Shown: positions 38,279-57,048, counted from the stretch's first letter. The stretch is DNA of 64,000 bases from Massalongia carnosa (GCA_965645245.1 OZ287069.1:1116001-1180000); one strand, 5' to 3'. A program made the numbers and translations. Notes: generated from the sequence alone by a model not told the origin.

Positions 38279-41200
38279 TCATAACCAGATATCTCCGCCT
38301 TCGCCGGCTACCCATCGTCTCCACGCCTCTCCGTAAGCACTCTCTAGGTCCCGCACCCAGCGTCGCGTGTCGAACAATGCGCTCTCCCATCGACTTTCGT
38401 ACAGCAGTTTCCGAAGATCCATTAACCTACCCCTCCCTCGGCCTTGCATTTCACCGTGCGTCGGATACACCAAACCTAGCCCCAGCTCCACAGCTCGCTC
38501 CTCATACTCGTCGTCGTTACGAACAACTAAGTCTTCCATGGCGCAATCGCCTTCGGCCGTTTTAGGTAATGCTCCTCGGAGGATCGAAGCGGCCATTCGC
38601 GAGCACATTTTGTACTCGTACCTTGGGAGTGTCAAGAGCGGCGTGCCGGACCAAAGAACATCGGCGGCAGTGGTATGGGCATTACATTCCGGGGTGTCGA
38701 GAAAAAGATCACATACTCGTGCTCTTGATATGTGCTGGTGTTTGGGCGCTACATCGGTGAAGATAATACGAGAAGCAACCTCCGAGCCCACCCACCGTAA
38801 GGCTGTTTGCCTTAGATTTTTCTCCCCAAGATCTGGGAATCTGAGAAGCCATAAGACTGCTTTAGGAATCCGTGAAAGGATGCGAAGCCAAGTCCGGAAT
38901 GTTGTTGGCTCGATCTGAGTAATCAAGTATTAGCAGCGCTAATATCTCGTTCGGGGGAGGATCCATACCTTGTATAGTTGATTAAAGTTACCTAGAATGA
39001 CAGTGTCGTCGGTAAGATCCGGGAAAAGCTCACGACGCATTCTCCATCGTCTCATCTGTTCGTCAGCCCAGCTCAACTGCCCTTCCTGAGAGTCAGGAGC
39101 GCTTTGTCTATGGTCGCAGCAGAAAAATGTATCTCTCGTGAAGATCAGATTCTCCCCATAGACCCAATCGCCTGGATCGTCCTCGCTATTTTTGTCCACG
39201 ATCTGATCCCACAGGTCGATATTTCGGCGCCACGGTCTGAGGGTCTGCGGTGGCACGGCTATTTTGTCCGCTAACAAATAATCACACCATTCTGCACCAA
39301 GAGTACCAGCAAAGCCCATGAAAGACATTTGAATGGGTGCTGGGCGCGCCGCAAAGACTTCATTTCTGGCTCCACGGGTGTACCCGTTCAGGTTCACGAG
39401 TATGTGAATACCATCCTCGACAACTTGGTTGACTAAGCGATCGATGGACCACGAAGAAGCATCATAAAACCTGGGTGCTTCTCGTTCAATTTGCTGGCGA
39501 TGCACAGAGCCATCACCGGCAGTAGTTGCGTAGCAGAAAGCCTTGACGCGGGCTTTGTTATGGAGCCCAAAAACAGATTGCATGAGATGTGCTAAGGGAT
39601 GATTGTTAAAGTCCGAGGATACGTAACCTATATGTAACTGGGGGTTAGGCGGTGCCGGAGGTTCGTAGATTTGCGTTGGGAGCCAGGGAGCTCGTAGTGT
39701 TGAGCAAGAGATCCTGAGCCCGTTGCGTTGGGAGATCCTACGAATCTGCCTGGCCGAGAGTGGACATGTAAAAGTGTGAAATGGCAAAACAGTTGGAGCG
39801 CTCGGAATCGCCAGCGCGGCAGGAAGCTGTGGTCGCGTACGATCATACGTCGAGCGAGGTCTTCGGCGAATATACTTGTCCCAGTACCATTCCCATCCGA
39901 GCCTCTTGGTCGCACGCTCCACCAGTCTGACGATCTTCGCGCCCTCCCATGGCTTTTCGGCCCAATTCTCTAATGCTCTTTTCATTGATTTTGCGTTCGG
40001 GCTCTTTACTTCTCGATCGTCACATGTGGAGTTACATTTCTTTAGTAAATCTTCCACGTTAATGCTATGCAAGACACCCTTGCCCCAACCCTCGCCGTCA
40101 CGTAGCTGTTTCTCGACGATAGTAACAACTCGCTCGATCCAGCCACTGCTAACGAAACGAGTTGATCTTCCATCATATAACATTCCCTCAACATCGACAT
40201 GCCAACGGTCCCGGTTTTCTCCAGAGACGCTTACTCCGCCCCGACCGCTCCAACTACAGACAGAGTTTAGGGCATTGGCAAGACCACACACGGCCTCCGC
40301 GAAGTCCGGATTCGACGACACTGCTCTCCGGTAGTAAGCTATGGCATCACTTATTCTTCCTTGATCTTTGACCGCATTGGCTAGATTCGCTAAGGCAATA
40401 TCGAAATTTCTATCACAGTCCACAGCTTTTTCGTACATCTGGATGGCTTTGCTTAAATGACCTATATCTTTAAATAGACTACCAAGGTTTGTGTAGAGGT
40501 GAGCATGGCGTGAGTCAAGGTTCAATCCATACTTGTAATATGCAAGAGCAAGGGCTATACCGCTGCCAGGCATCACTCCCCCTGGGAGCTGCGAAGATTG
40601 CAGAATGCTGGGGCCTATAGCCTTTGACGAAGCGGATTGTTGCACACTTGCAAGTAGGATACCTACGTTGTTAGCTGTCGATGGGCTAGGTTGAAGGGAA
40701 AGTGACAGGTAGTAGAGCGCAAGTATGTCCTGCACACCAGAAGTGGCTCTTGGCCCATTGGCTGAAGCTCCGCTGGAAGACATACCATCTTGGTATATCT
40801 TGGCTAGTGAAAGGAGGGAGTTGCTCACTATAGACACAGCAGCTCGCTTAGCTATCCCGTGTGGGACTTCTTTAAGGCCAGGTAATTGGCCTTGAGAAGG
40901 AAACACAAGCTGCGATGTTTCTAACGCCATCTCAGGTGGTAATAGTATTGGCTCTTCGGCTGCATAACTGCGTCCGGAGTGACTGCTATCAATATACATT
41001 CTGTCCGCAAACACTGACAAAATTCGCCTGATCAAGCCGCGAATTCCAAGATGCCGCTTCCCTGCGCCAATTAGTATGGTGTCTTCAAAGGCCTTCGCGG
41101 CCCCGGTATTATCTCCTAAAGCATATAACATATTGCCTTTTCCGTGGATAAGGGCAAGCATTCTACCATTATCCGAGGGAGGAATTGCATATCCACTCGA

Positions 41201-43466
41201 CCCAAACCCGGTGCATGGTAGACTTCTGACGGAAAAGGTCCTATCTTCAAGGCTTTCTCGGTCAGAGATTCCATAATCCGATCTCTCCGACACCGATATA
41301 CAGGGCGAAAGACTAACATCCCCAGCAGACTCAGGACTAGCTTCTGTTAAGGCGAAAGAACTCATATTACGGCCAGTACGCAACGCTTGCTGTACATATC
41401 CGATAATATTGATTGCTTCTTTCCCGCGGTGATCCTCGCAAAGAAGACCAACTAAGTGTTCAATAGCCTCGAAAAAGCTCGGGCGAAGCTTTATAGACCG
41501 GATCCAATGCTGCTCGGCCTCATCTCGCCGATTAAGGGACAACAAAGTAGCCGCCAAATTCGACATGGCTTCCACATTACTAAGAGCATTTTAGACGGAT
41601 ATTGAGCCGCGTTGGTAGAACTTACTTTGGATCACATAACAAAACTTTTTTGTACCACTTCATGGCTTTGTTATGGTCCCCCAGACCATATGCCAAGCAT
41701 CCTCCCAGCAACATACCCTCAGTCCACTCCCAACCACTCTCTTGACAAAGTCTTTCGAGCATCTCCAAGGCATTTGCTGCAGCACCCGAAGGAGAAGTTT
41801 CGTGCTGATATTGGATCGATGGCGGCACCACACATACCGGCTGAAGGTCGGGTACTGCTGAATACTGTGGGAGAGTTTCGTGCTCTTTCGGTTGCCATGG
41901 TTGTCGGGTATAGCGCTGAGGGCCGGAAAGTGGAGGTACAATCGAGCATTGAGTTGCTGAATACTGCTCGTTGAGCAACTTATTTGGAGAGGCCAAAAAT
42001 GGATGCCATTGATCCGCATGTTGAGATGATGTGTCTATGGTTTCTTGCGGAGCGCCAGCTCGATTCTTTAAGCCCTCATGGTTTTGATCGCCACAGTCAT
42101 GGGTGCCAGACAGGTTTGAAAAGGGTTGTCGCGAAGGCTTGGAATAGGTATTTGGTTGAGGCTGTGGATCGTTATGATGCTCGCTAGTAGAGCCGTTGCG
42201 TCGCGGGTATTGTGTAGAAGCCAATAAACTTACATAAACCCGGTGCGCCCATACAAGAACTTTATCTTTGAATTGAGCATGACTTGCGTAAAGATTTGTC
42301 TTTTGAAATGTGGAGTGTGAGGTTATCGAGTGGCCAGAGGCGGAACACCTCGGAGAGCCGCCCCACCTATTTATCGAGGGCTCTGGTAAACATCTCGAAG
42401 AATGAGGTTTACCACGGTATGACAAGGGAATCTGACGCCGCTGAGGTATATGAGCGTCCTGAGTGTACGAAAAGATGTTGTTTTGGTTTGGGTTCTCGGA
42501 TGATGCTACAAGATAAGCGTCCGAAACCTCGTTACCACCTATAAGTTTGGACGTATGCTCAGCCAGATCATGATGGTAGGTCGGTTGATCCAGGACAGCA
42601 TTCCATTCTCCGCCGTTGTCTGCAGGTGGCTGGAAGTGTGACACCCCAATACCAGGGGCTTCAGTAATTTGATTCAGATATTGTGGATCACGAAGTAGAG
42701 CCGGCCGATAAGGTACAAAGGCACCATCAGGCCAATATGGCCCATACGGTCCAGGATCATTCAAAGACGTGAGGCCCACACTTGGCGGCCACATTGGTTG
42801 GAGGGCGGTGGGGACTGTTTGGTTGCCTGCCATGTTACCGTATTGGTGAAACATAGACCCTTGATGTAATACTGAGTCCAACCCCATTACCGATTGACTA
42901 TTCTGCCTCCATTCTGTTAGGGGGATCAAATTCTCATTTCCCGATTTTTCCACAGCATTTCTATTTCCAATATGACGTCTTTGTCCAATATCTCTTCCAG
43001 CTGAGTTGGGCTCGTTGGTCAATAATGAAGAATCAGGCGACCATTCCGAGTTATGAGGTTGAAACTTCGTTTCCACCATTGCATTCGACCTTGGCATCAA
43101 GAAATGTTTGACTGCGTGAGGTCTTCCTAACCATTCGACAGGCCTGCCATCATAACCTGCAGCCAAGGTGCCATTCGGTGTCTTTCGACGGAGCATATGC
43201 TCCGATGTCTCCAGTTTTGGGGCGCATTTATTTGCCAATGAGTCTTGTGTCGAGAGCGATGCTGGTCTTTGTAGAGGATGGGCATATTGCTGGGGCTTTT
43301 GAATCCTCTGTTGATATACACTATGTCGCACGGCTTGATGGTGTTCATGGGAGACGCCTGGCAAGGGAGGAACGAAAGGAGGATCTTTGTAATGACCGCG
43401 CAGAGAATACTGCGATGAATGGGGAAATTGATGTGGTTGTAAATGATGCGCAACATTTGTAAACAT
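38279..43466 (-). CDS. OGT: O-GlcNAc transferase (GT41, TPR repeats), 3 exons
   Basis: TPRs (EAMSNLAA, HLYTNLGSLFKD, ALANLANAVKD); catalytic IGYVSSDFNNHPLAHLMQ, NLNGYTRGARNEVFAARPAPIQ, NFNQLYKI, DLFLDTPECNAHTTAADVLWSGTP. Confidence 0.95.
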
Positions 43467-46107
43467 ATTGACCCGAAGGCTCGGGGAGCTTCCTTCTTAG
43501 CCCCCGGCTTACCAGCGGCAAGCTAAGGTATCTAGAGCTGAACAAACGGCACACCATCCATGTGAAGAAGATGGCGCGATTTGAGAATCGTCGAAGATAA
43601 TGCGATGAAAAGGACAGGTTCATTGACAGTGATGAGTTCCAACGCCCTTGCGACTTCCTATATGGTCCTTGACGCAAGTCATTTTTGCGATAGCTTCAGG
43701 GTTTGACTGCAGCAACGGACAATGTCCAAAGGTGTGGGCGCTGCTTAGTCGGGATTGATGGAGGTGATGGCTTAGACTGGCATTACGTATTTAGGTAGTA
43801 TCATAGATGCTTCGAGATGTATAGTTAGATTCCGTGATTATTGCGAATGTTGCGAGCGAGATTTTCTATCTTAGGCTGCTGTAATTAGATATCTACCTAT
43901 TGATGTACAGAGGCAAATGTACATGAACTCAAGTACTCTGTAAAACGAGTTCTTTAGAGCACCTGTCCAAGAACTCGTAGAAAAGCTTTCTAACTTTTCG
44001 TGGTGCAGCGGGATAGACGCCTCCGAAGCCAGGGCGACGAATGGTGTAGTGGATTGGCTAGGTTTTTCCCTGGCTTCGCACTTTTGGAAGAGCCGGTCGT
44101 CTGAAGACGAATGAGCGGAAGAATCACTTGGGGCAGTCAAATTATTTCATGATCGACTGTGATCAATTACAAAGGACCATAAGTATGAACATCCCTTCCA
44201 ATCAGTTCATAAGCCTCGCATAGCTTCCTTCTTACACGCTCGTAAGTCTGGAATACTCCGTACTCCGTACATAGGTATTTAACGCAACCCGGCCATCCAG
44301 TGACCCTAGCGTTCTGTGGTAAGAATGGGTCAATCGGGCTAGATGAAAATGGCTCGAAAGCCGCAAAGTGAACACGGTGTCTTGAGAAGTCTTCAAGGTA
44401 ATTATGGATCGTATGTGCGTGGCCCAGCAGCGGTGTGATGGGTTGGTAAGACGTTCTGTACCTAACTTCATGAGGCATGTGTAAGTGATTGTGTGGTGCC
44501 ATTCCATTCCTCTCTCTTCAGTTTCAGTTTCAAGTAACGTCTGGTGGCGCTCACATCCTTGGCCTGCATAATCAGCCAACCAGTGCTCTGCATATCAGCC
44601 CGCGTCCGGATCGGATTGGCCGTTGACATAAACGAATTAAATAATAGGTTTTAATCCTCTTAGAACGTCAATATTTGATAGGCCTGAACGAAGTCTTTGC
44701 CGCAAGCATGATACACAATTTGTGCAGTCAGATATTCCATCGTGGGCAGTGTGGCGGTTTCGCGAGCATCCCTTGGAAGCTGAAGCTACGAAATCAAATT
44801 TGCTCTTTACCAAAGTAATGAGGGATATCTCATAATCCCTGGAAAGAGGTTTACCCCCGCAGCATGCCAAGTATAGTTCTTATCGGCCTGCTTTGTTAGG
44901 TCCTACATATTCTATATCTACCTGCCTACTGAATAGGTACTGTGGCAACAGACATACCGCATCCTACTATCAGTCTATTTAGCTGTCAACTTATTCGGCT
45001 ATCCAACTATCTACCTCTTTCAGCGTTGTTTGATATTTGTGCAGTTGCGAGCCAAAGATGGAAGCATGAAATACGAGAGATTGGTATCGGCATACTTATC
45101 GTGAAAGATGGATGGTGACTGAAAAGTGATCGACTAGCTAGCCAATCAGCCGAATAGCTGGATCGTAAAATGGCAGATTTAGGGTTAGAGGGTTGAATGA
45201 ATGAACAAATAGATATTAAGACATAGGTGAACAAATAACCAAGTTAGACACGAAATATATGTAACTGGTTTCTTCTTACCTTATCCTGCACGGCTTTGAC
45301 AAAATTATGCCTCGAGGCACAGCACTGTCTGATACAGGCGTGCCACTTTGCTGTTTCGTAGCATTTGAAACAACTCAATTGCTGATGGAGACATAGGCTT
45401 ACATAGAATTTAGATGTCGCCTAAGGGATGAGAACACCTTAGGGATGAAAACATAAAGGAACGTAATAGTTCTAAATGCATGCACAATAATAAAAATAAG
45501 AAGTTGATCGATTGCTATATGAGTGAATTAATGTCTACCTTACCAAGGTAGAAGTAGATCAACCGTTTAGATTGGCTATACCTTCACTCCTCAGAACATC
45601 ATCAACAGCCCCTGCATAGAATCTATCTATTTAAGAATTCGTTAAAAATAAATTGGTGGTCAAGCACTTCATCAAAAGTATTAAATAGGAAGTAGCTTTT
45701 CAACAAAGATCATACACTAGGAATCGATTCCTCTAAAATAACCCCAGATCAGTCTACCTGGCTTGAACGACATCATAATATTGGTTGTGGACCTTGGAAT
45801 ATGGACCACCACATCCACTCCTATAGGTGAAGATGCCGCGGTGAGTAATAGGTCCCTCAGTAGGGTCTCATCTCCTTTGCACCAAAATAGGCCCAGACCA
45901 TAGATAAACAAATCCGCAAGGAAAAGCTGGTAAGGGCCAGAGTGTTGGCAAAGTAGTCTACCCATCAAAACCGTCTCCATGTTCTAAAAATACTGGATTT
46001 ACATCATCAGATTGAAAGAGGAAGCTGATGAAGTTAAAAATTGTTAGGGAGAATATTAACACAAGCTACCTAGTTCTTGATGTTGATACATACATTGGTA
46101 GGTATGC

Positions 46108-46845
<738 letters not shown>

Positions 46846-47218
46846 TGCGATAGAAGAGTGATCTGGTGTGTTCTTTCGTTGAGTATTTGTTTGTTAAACG
46901 AGATTGTTTAGATGCGTGTGGGCGCTAAGGACATATCGTATTCGTACACTAGTGCATAAGTATTTTACCGAGTGATAATCGAACACATGAGTCTTACTCT
47001 ATACTGCAAAATATAAATGAAAGCACCGAAAGGAGGAAGGCATCCCAAGTAATTGCGGTAGAACAACATCTAAGTTAGATTGAAACAAGCGCCTATTCTA
47101 GGTTTCTAATGGTTTTAGCACCTATTCCGACAATGCGCTCAACCACAATAGGTGACGTAGGAGACTTGTAACTTCTCCTTCATCACCTACTTGATACTAC
47201 CACCAAATAACATCCTTC

Positions 47219-49860
<2,642 letters not shown>

Positions 49861-50602
49861 CTTCTGCTCTGTGATGATTATGTTATATTCATTCGCGTGT
49901 GTATTGTGCAAAGAAGAAAGGCCCAAAAGTTGGTAGGTTGACCAGATAACTTGTGCCTTAGAATAGCTACACTGACACAAGGCCAAAGACTTGTGGGCAA
50001 GATTCTTGGGATATAAAAACTTGCTGCCAGATTGCGGAACCAAAATATTGGAGCTTTCGCTCACCTTGACCAGGCCTTTACGGGCCAGAACTCCGGCTTG
50101 GCATTAGACTTGGCGCTAAACTCTGGCGAGGTTTAAAATAAATTCTCGATCGATAAATTTTGCTCTGCATATTTTGTATGACAGTTCAAAAACACATTAC
50201 TGGTGACAAGCTTGATTGAAAATATCTTGATTGTTTTCGCGCTGTGCAAAGATTAAAATCACCCATGGCTGGGCGCCCGTATTGGAAGAGTCGTTTCGAT
50301 TCTCACGACAATATGGGAATCAGCAGAGGTCATATCACCCACAAGGATACCGGAGTATAGTGTACATTGATAGGAAGGAGAGCAACGCTACAGTACCTTT
50401 TTGATTGAGATATGCTTTATAATAGAGCATTATTCAATAATTTTTCTTCGATTAATTCTTCCGCTTTGCTTTACGACTATTGTATCGCGTGTCTAGTCTA
50501 TAGAGTACTTCTAACCTTGTAGGGCAATGCCACTTCCCACGATGTCCATAAACTCCCATTAGTAGGGATTTGTACGCTTCGATTCTTCTAAATTTCATAT
50601 TC

Positions 50603-53600
50603 TCAAATGACAAGCCACTTTTCTGTCAATTCTCGGGCCTGGTCAAGGTCTCCGGACGCAGCCCACAGCCCTTGTAAAGCGAAGGCAGCTTCACGCGTGA
50701 AATTTTCGGTTGCACAACTACACTTCGTTCTTTGTACGTCTGCATCCATAGCTAGACACCGGAGATAATACTGAACCGCCAGATGCGTCAAACCAAGCAT
50801 ATGATAGGCCCGCGCAACGTTATACTCTGCTTCCTGTTTTTCTGAGGTAATATCGGAATTGCGCCTTATATCATAATAAGTGAAGAGGAATGCAAAGCCT
50901 TGCGTTATTAGATGGTGACGATTGTCAGCTTGACGTTTAATCGCATAGTGAATATAGCCAAGAGCCAACGAAAGGTTGATAATGGGATTTGTCGGATCTA
51001 GTGCGAACGCACGCAAGAAATAATCTATACTAAATAGTAAGCACAATCAAAATACATGTTCATCGACGTTCGCCTGGACGAACTTACTGATCGAGTATGC
51101 ATAGCTTTTACCGAGATATAAGATATGGCCATAGAGCATAATTAGGCCGATATCTAGGTCCTCTGCTAGTATATGATTTCCACTATTATCTTTGGTAGAG
51201 TATGATGCCCTCTCTTGAAATAGACTCTTATGGCGAGCGCTTCCAACCAATGAAAAGTCCATAGCCTTAACCTGACGAAGGACATATTTTTGCGTAGGAC
51301 CGCTATTATACCATGAATGCGGCGCATCGCAGAGCCTGTTCAAGGCCGAAAAGAGCCGATATCCATCTGTTACAAATTGAAACTCACGCATAAACCAACG
51401 TGCTATAGTACATAATGTTTCTTCATCGTTTGCGATCAAAGCACATGCTATTTAAAATTAGTTCTGCTTCAACTGCAAGGATTGATATTTAACTCACAAA
51501 ACCAACAAACATGAATAAGGAACATCGAATCCGGAGAATGGTAGAAGACATTTGCGTTGTAGGCAGACGCAACAGTGTCGTATGCCGATTGAATGTCACC
51601 AATTTGTGCAAGGCTCAAAGCATATTCAAGAAAAATGTCAAGCCAGACGTGGAAGGGAATTCCTCGAAATTCATTTGGTACCAAGTCATCAGCATCGTCT
51701 ACGTCTTCTACGATATATCAACTCATCAAAATAACATTAAATTTAGACGGCCAAGACTGTTCCTACCTGTTGTTGAGCCTAGGCGTCTGATGGCAGCTTT
51801 CCCTTCTTGTAACGCTTGAACTGTTTTTGTGTTCAGCGATTTCTTTCTATCTTCCTTTGAATAGCCGTAAAATTTCATATACTTATCGAAGGGGAAAAAT
51901 AACCTCTCCGACTGAAAGTCCTGGATTAGGGTTTTGGCAGCCCACATCCACTGAAACTCGCGTGCTAAGCCACCATCTCCTGTTGTTTCTTTGATATTCT
52001 GCATTTGGAGAAGGAGTGTGGATGTATCCTCCAATTTAGTCTGCTCCCTGATTGATTTCTCTAGCGCAATATCCCTGACAGGCGGCCGACACGCCAACCG
52101 CGGAGCAAGCATCGAAAAGGATGTTGAATCTGAAGGCGTACTACTGACAGCTTGCTGCCTTATTCCGATTTTAGGATATATGTAGGTTTTCGGAGTTCTA
52201 TTAGTGGCCGAAATATTCTCATTCAGACTTGCTCTATCTGATATGCCAAGTTCTTTGCATATTATTTTTAGTTTGTTTTGAGCGTCTGTGCTATCTTCGT
52301 CATTCTCAATAATAATTTGATAACAGTCCATTGCCTCTGTGCTGAGTCCAACTGCTTGGTAACAGGACGCCATATCAGTAAGATACGAGCTGTCCGTATA
52401 GTCACTCAATTGCTGCAACGGCTCATAGAACTCTAATGCCTCGCTGAAAAGTTCTTTTTCACGAAGTGCATCCGCAACTTCTCTAAATAAATCGGGGTAG
52501 TCGAAGAGCTTAGCACCTGGCTCGCAATCCTTTGGATCGAGCCATTCAAAATGGTTCTATTCGCAAGAGTTAGTGCTTCAACAATACAGTTTGAATTTCA
52601 TAACTCACCATTGCTTCCTCTAAGTAATTCTTGCCTAGGTTCAGCCGATAAATTCCTAGTTTGATGCGTAGTTCGAGAGGCAATCCGTCCCCATACGCAG
52701 TAGCTTCGTACATGCCCGGTGTAAACGGCTCAAACTGAACCCGGCGAGGCTCATCTTCGCTATCCCACTCTCTATCGTCTTTATCAAAAGTTTCCCAGAC
52801 AGTATCACTGCTGCGGCCGAGCAACCACCGAGCCAAGGATTTGATCTGGGAGACTCCTTTCTTAAATTCTTGTTTCATTCCGTACAGCTCTGCATATATG
52901 TTTATGTCTGACCAATTGACACTTGTCGCTTGCACCGGCTCTTTAGCCATGTAATAGGAAATGCTGTCATGGTAGAGTGACAAGGCTCGATCAATGTCAT
53001 CTAGTTCAATATATGTCTCTGCCAAGAGACGTAGAACGGTAGTTTCATGTGGAAACTGTTTCAACAGGTACTCATAATCATACACAGCCTTGCCAAGTTG
53101 CCCTAGATCACGGTTTAGGGCAGCTCGTTTATAGCGAGCTCTTACGTCGGTCTTGTCCACGGCGATAACTCTATTGTAGCAATATATAGCATCTCGCACA
53201 GCAGGTAGTTTATCTTCTCCGGCACGTTCAAGAATAAGCTGCGCTACTTTCAGCCATACGTGGGAGTCTCTTGGGCGGGTATGAGCGCCATTAAATAATG
53301 CTGCAAGTGCCTTTGCGCTGTTTCCGCGTGCCACATGAATCTCGGAGAGAAGAGAATGTGCAGCAAACATTTCTGGGTTGATAAGAATTGCTTTCAGTGC
53401 GAGCTGCTCAGCTTCTTCGTAATCGTGCTCGATGAACGCCATGGTGGCCTGAGAATGCAACGCCTTGAATTCCGCGCTAGGCTCGAGAGGCTTTCGCAGA
53501 CCTCGCCTAATACCTTTACCTCCTCGACCACCGCGAGCCCTTTGACAATGACCGCTTCGGCCTCTGCTACCATAGCCTCTGCTTTTCCTGTGAAAAAGCT

Positions 53601-54051
53601 GTGAGCGATCGGGGCCATCCAAGTAGGAGGATTCCGAGTTTGTGCCCGAAATGAGTTCACCACTACTAGAATTAGCATCATTGGCCCGTTTGGGGCTTTT
53701 GAAGGTATATCATGCTTACGAGCTTTCTTCTTCAAGCAACTCATAGTCAGGATCCGCAGAAACGTCATCCGCATCACCTAGAACCTGCCATCGGGAATTC
53801 CTGCTATAGTCTATATCATCAAAAGCTCCCATTTCTCGCTGGCTTCCACCTCCTGGAGCCCAGAGACCATTAGCTTGTGGTCCAACATCCTGTAAAGGGA
53901 GTTCATGTGGCACATTTCGGCTAACATAAGATGTGGGCTGGTTCGAGCTACTCGAAGTGCCCACCCAGGGGTAATTCGGGGTGTAGTCCAAATCGGGATA
54001 CTCATTTGCATGATCCAAGTAATCGCCGTTCATTTCTTCCTGGTACTCCAT
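50603..54051 (-). CDS. TFC4: TFIIIC TPR subunit Tfc4 (tau131), multi-exon
   Basis: Acidic N-terminus; TPRs (QATMAFI..DYEEA, AIYCYNRVI); LPLELRIKLGIYRL; QEAEYNVARAYHMLGLTHLAVQYY; C-terminal EKWLVI. Confidence 0.92.
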
Positions 54052-55091
54052 TGGGAAGAAACAACGAGCACACAACCACTAATCACCAGGAAACGGTTGG
54101 GCTAGATAGTTGTAGAAGTAGAAAAAAAAACTTGAAAAAAACTTGGCAGCAGATTGAAAGAGGTTAAAATGAAGAGTCAGTTTGATTTCACCGAAGGCTT
54201 AATGAGAAGCTTTTATGAGTCGGGAACATAAAACAATTCATAACTAAAGGGCATTTCTATTTAGTGATAGAGTCACGCCGCATCCTTGAAATACTTAAAA
54301 CGAAAGCGATCTCTTATCGTATGCTTCCGTTTTTATTTTTATTGTTTTAAAAAAACCCCCCAAAAAATGCACCACTTCAATATTAGCATGCGTAGCAATT
54401 CAACTTGGGTGAATAGGAAATGCTGATGAACCTACCTATCAAGGTGACGACTGTCTCCGCCTGGCTAATGGTACGGAGTATTTACGTATTCTTCGTAATT
54501 AGTTAATTAATTTACCGTTTCAAACGTCCACTAGAATACTCTCCGCTTCTATTGCTTTATTACAAAGGCTGAATCATCCTCTGTTCGTGGAAGTGCCATC
54601 TCTATTCATCGTGGTCTTTTCACTTCACTAGATCTTCCCTCCTCCTGTCTCTAGTACTCCCTTAACTAAAACATTATCAGGCCCTTTCTTCCCAGTCTAA
54701 TCGAGCCTCGCCAACCATCTGTTTACTATCAGCGCTTACTCAGATCTCCAACTGCTGGAGTAAGACTCATATCCTGGCTGCCACTGGACTGGCAGTGATT
54801 TAAAATATCAAGAGCCTTACCTTGAGAGCAGAAAGCATCAAGGTAGTTTTCCGGGATCTCTCGCCGAGAATCGTTCTTGTCAGATGAGCGGGTTTCGAAA
54901 ACGGCAAGTTTGAGAATTGCCGGCATCTGCAAAGCTCCTTTGAGGTCAGCAGGTACTGCAGGAGTTGTTTATATCTAGCATCAACTTCAGAGCCTTGTTT
55001 CTCAACATCGAGGCCTTGCATCTATCCCAGTCTCATAATTTAAATCTTCCCACGACATTTCATTTCTATTATACGTCAACCAACTAAAGTA

Positions 55092-57048
55092 ATGTCGGGC
55101 AATCACATTATTGGAAACCGCAATAGCACTCCAGAGGCGTCAAATTCATCTCTCCGCCCTCCTTCCCGCAATGTTGGGAGCGGTCATCATTTACGGGCTT
55201 CGGCTGATATGTCCGCGTTCTCCTCGCCGCTGTCTGCTCGAAGTATTCGACCATCTTCCGAAGTCTATTATAATCAATCTCAACAGTCTCATGGGCAGAA
55301 TAACGCAGAGGATGTTCTAGATAAGGCGGCCCGGCAATGGATCGCAGATATAGACCAATATGAGATTACTTTAGAGGAAATGGCGGCAGCTACCTTGGAT
55401 CAGGACTTTAAGGATGAGCTTAGCGCAATTGAGCAATGGTTTAAGGTCTTGAGCGAAGCTGAGAGAACTGCTGCGCTATACGCTTTGCTGCAACAGACGA
55501 CTCAAGTCCAGATTCGCTTCTTCATCCAGGTACTGCAGCAAATGGCTAAGAGTCATCCAATGTCTGGTGTGTTATCACCAGCGAACTTTGGGGAAAAAGG
55601 TAAGCCAAAATCTTCCGCTATGCAAACCCCCGACCTGTAACTCATCGCATCCTAGATGCAATGTCAAATCGCCTGAGCGACGCAATGAACAAACTTAATG
55701 TTGAAAGCTCTCGTAATTCCCTTGGCCGTCCTCCTCCATCCCCAGGAAATAAACGGAATTCTGGGCTAGATCCTTCCACTATCAACGCAATGTTTCCAGA
55801 CGCCGCTGCAGCTATTGCGAAGAAAAAGGCAGAATACACTCAGCAAACGGGGAATGCGCCCACGTCGAATCGAAATAGTGCTGCTTTCGGAGATCGGTCA
55901 TCTCTTGTCGCACCAACTATCACGGCGCCCACAGATAATGGCAAAGAAGCTATAGGCCAGCCGCCACCCACACCGCGAGGGCAGCGTCAAGCAGAAAGTC
56001 GCCCAAAATCATCTTCCGGTCAGCAGCCGATGGGACAGTTCAGCCAGCTTTCTTCGTCCACCGCCTTGCGCTCGCCTCGGCCTCTTCAACTGTCTGGCAA
56101 CAGCAACTTACAAAGCACAAATGTAAACATGGGCGAAACCACTCATGAGCTCCCTATCCTCTCCCCGTATAATCTTGGTAATGCTAGCTGGGCATCTATG
56201 TCTAATACCCCTATGGTACCTACTTTCAATAATCAGCACGCGGCAAGCCAAGCGGACATGGTTGCGAACGCGACAGCAATGAAACTTGCTGCCCTATCAA
56301 CCGTCAATAACCGTATTGCATTGGACGACGTTCGTAAATACCGCCGTGCTCGTTCCAATGATGGTGAAGTCAACGCGCAACTGCCCATGACTTCTGGTGT
56401 CCCAGCGACAAACGTTTTAGTTGTTAACGAAAGCGGTCAACTTTTGAACTCGCAGTCATTGAGCGCGCAGCAGATTCAAGCGCTTCAAGCTCAGCAGCAG
56501 GCTGCATTCGCAGTGCATCGATCTAGACCCAACTCACCCGGTATTGCTCTACAGGGCAGTGGCTTTGGTGGCATGGGATTTGCCTCTCCTCAGAATAATG
56601 GCTATCTCGCTGCTTATGACGGAAATTCGGGTATAAATAGTGGGATGGGAACGCTTAGCCTTGGTCAATTTGGATTAGGGCATCAAGGTAGCCATGAAGG
56701 TTACCTATCCGATCATTCCGAAATGGCTCGAGGGAGATCTCCACGAGGTAGAAGGGGAACCTCCAAACCACCGGAGGACCCGACCGATCCGAGCCTATTA
56801 CAGGACATTCCCAGCTGGTTGAGAAGCTTGAGGCTTCACAAATATACAGACAACTTGAAGGATTTCAAATGGACAGACCTTGTGGAGTTGGACGACAAAG
56901 GGTTGGAGGATCGTGGAGTCAACGCGCTTGGTGCAAGACGCAAGATGCTTAAAGTAAGTCACTTCGGCTAAATTAACCCATATCCAGATCTGACCCGCCT
57001 CAGGTTTTCGAGCAAGTAAAGGAAGCTCGAGCGGAGGGAAAGCTATAA
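55092..57048 (+). CDS. VTS1: Vts1/Smaug-family SAM-domain RNA-binding protein, 3 exons
   Basis: [34 protein letters not shown] domain [42 protein letters not shown]. Confidence 0.94.
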
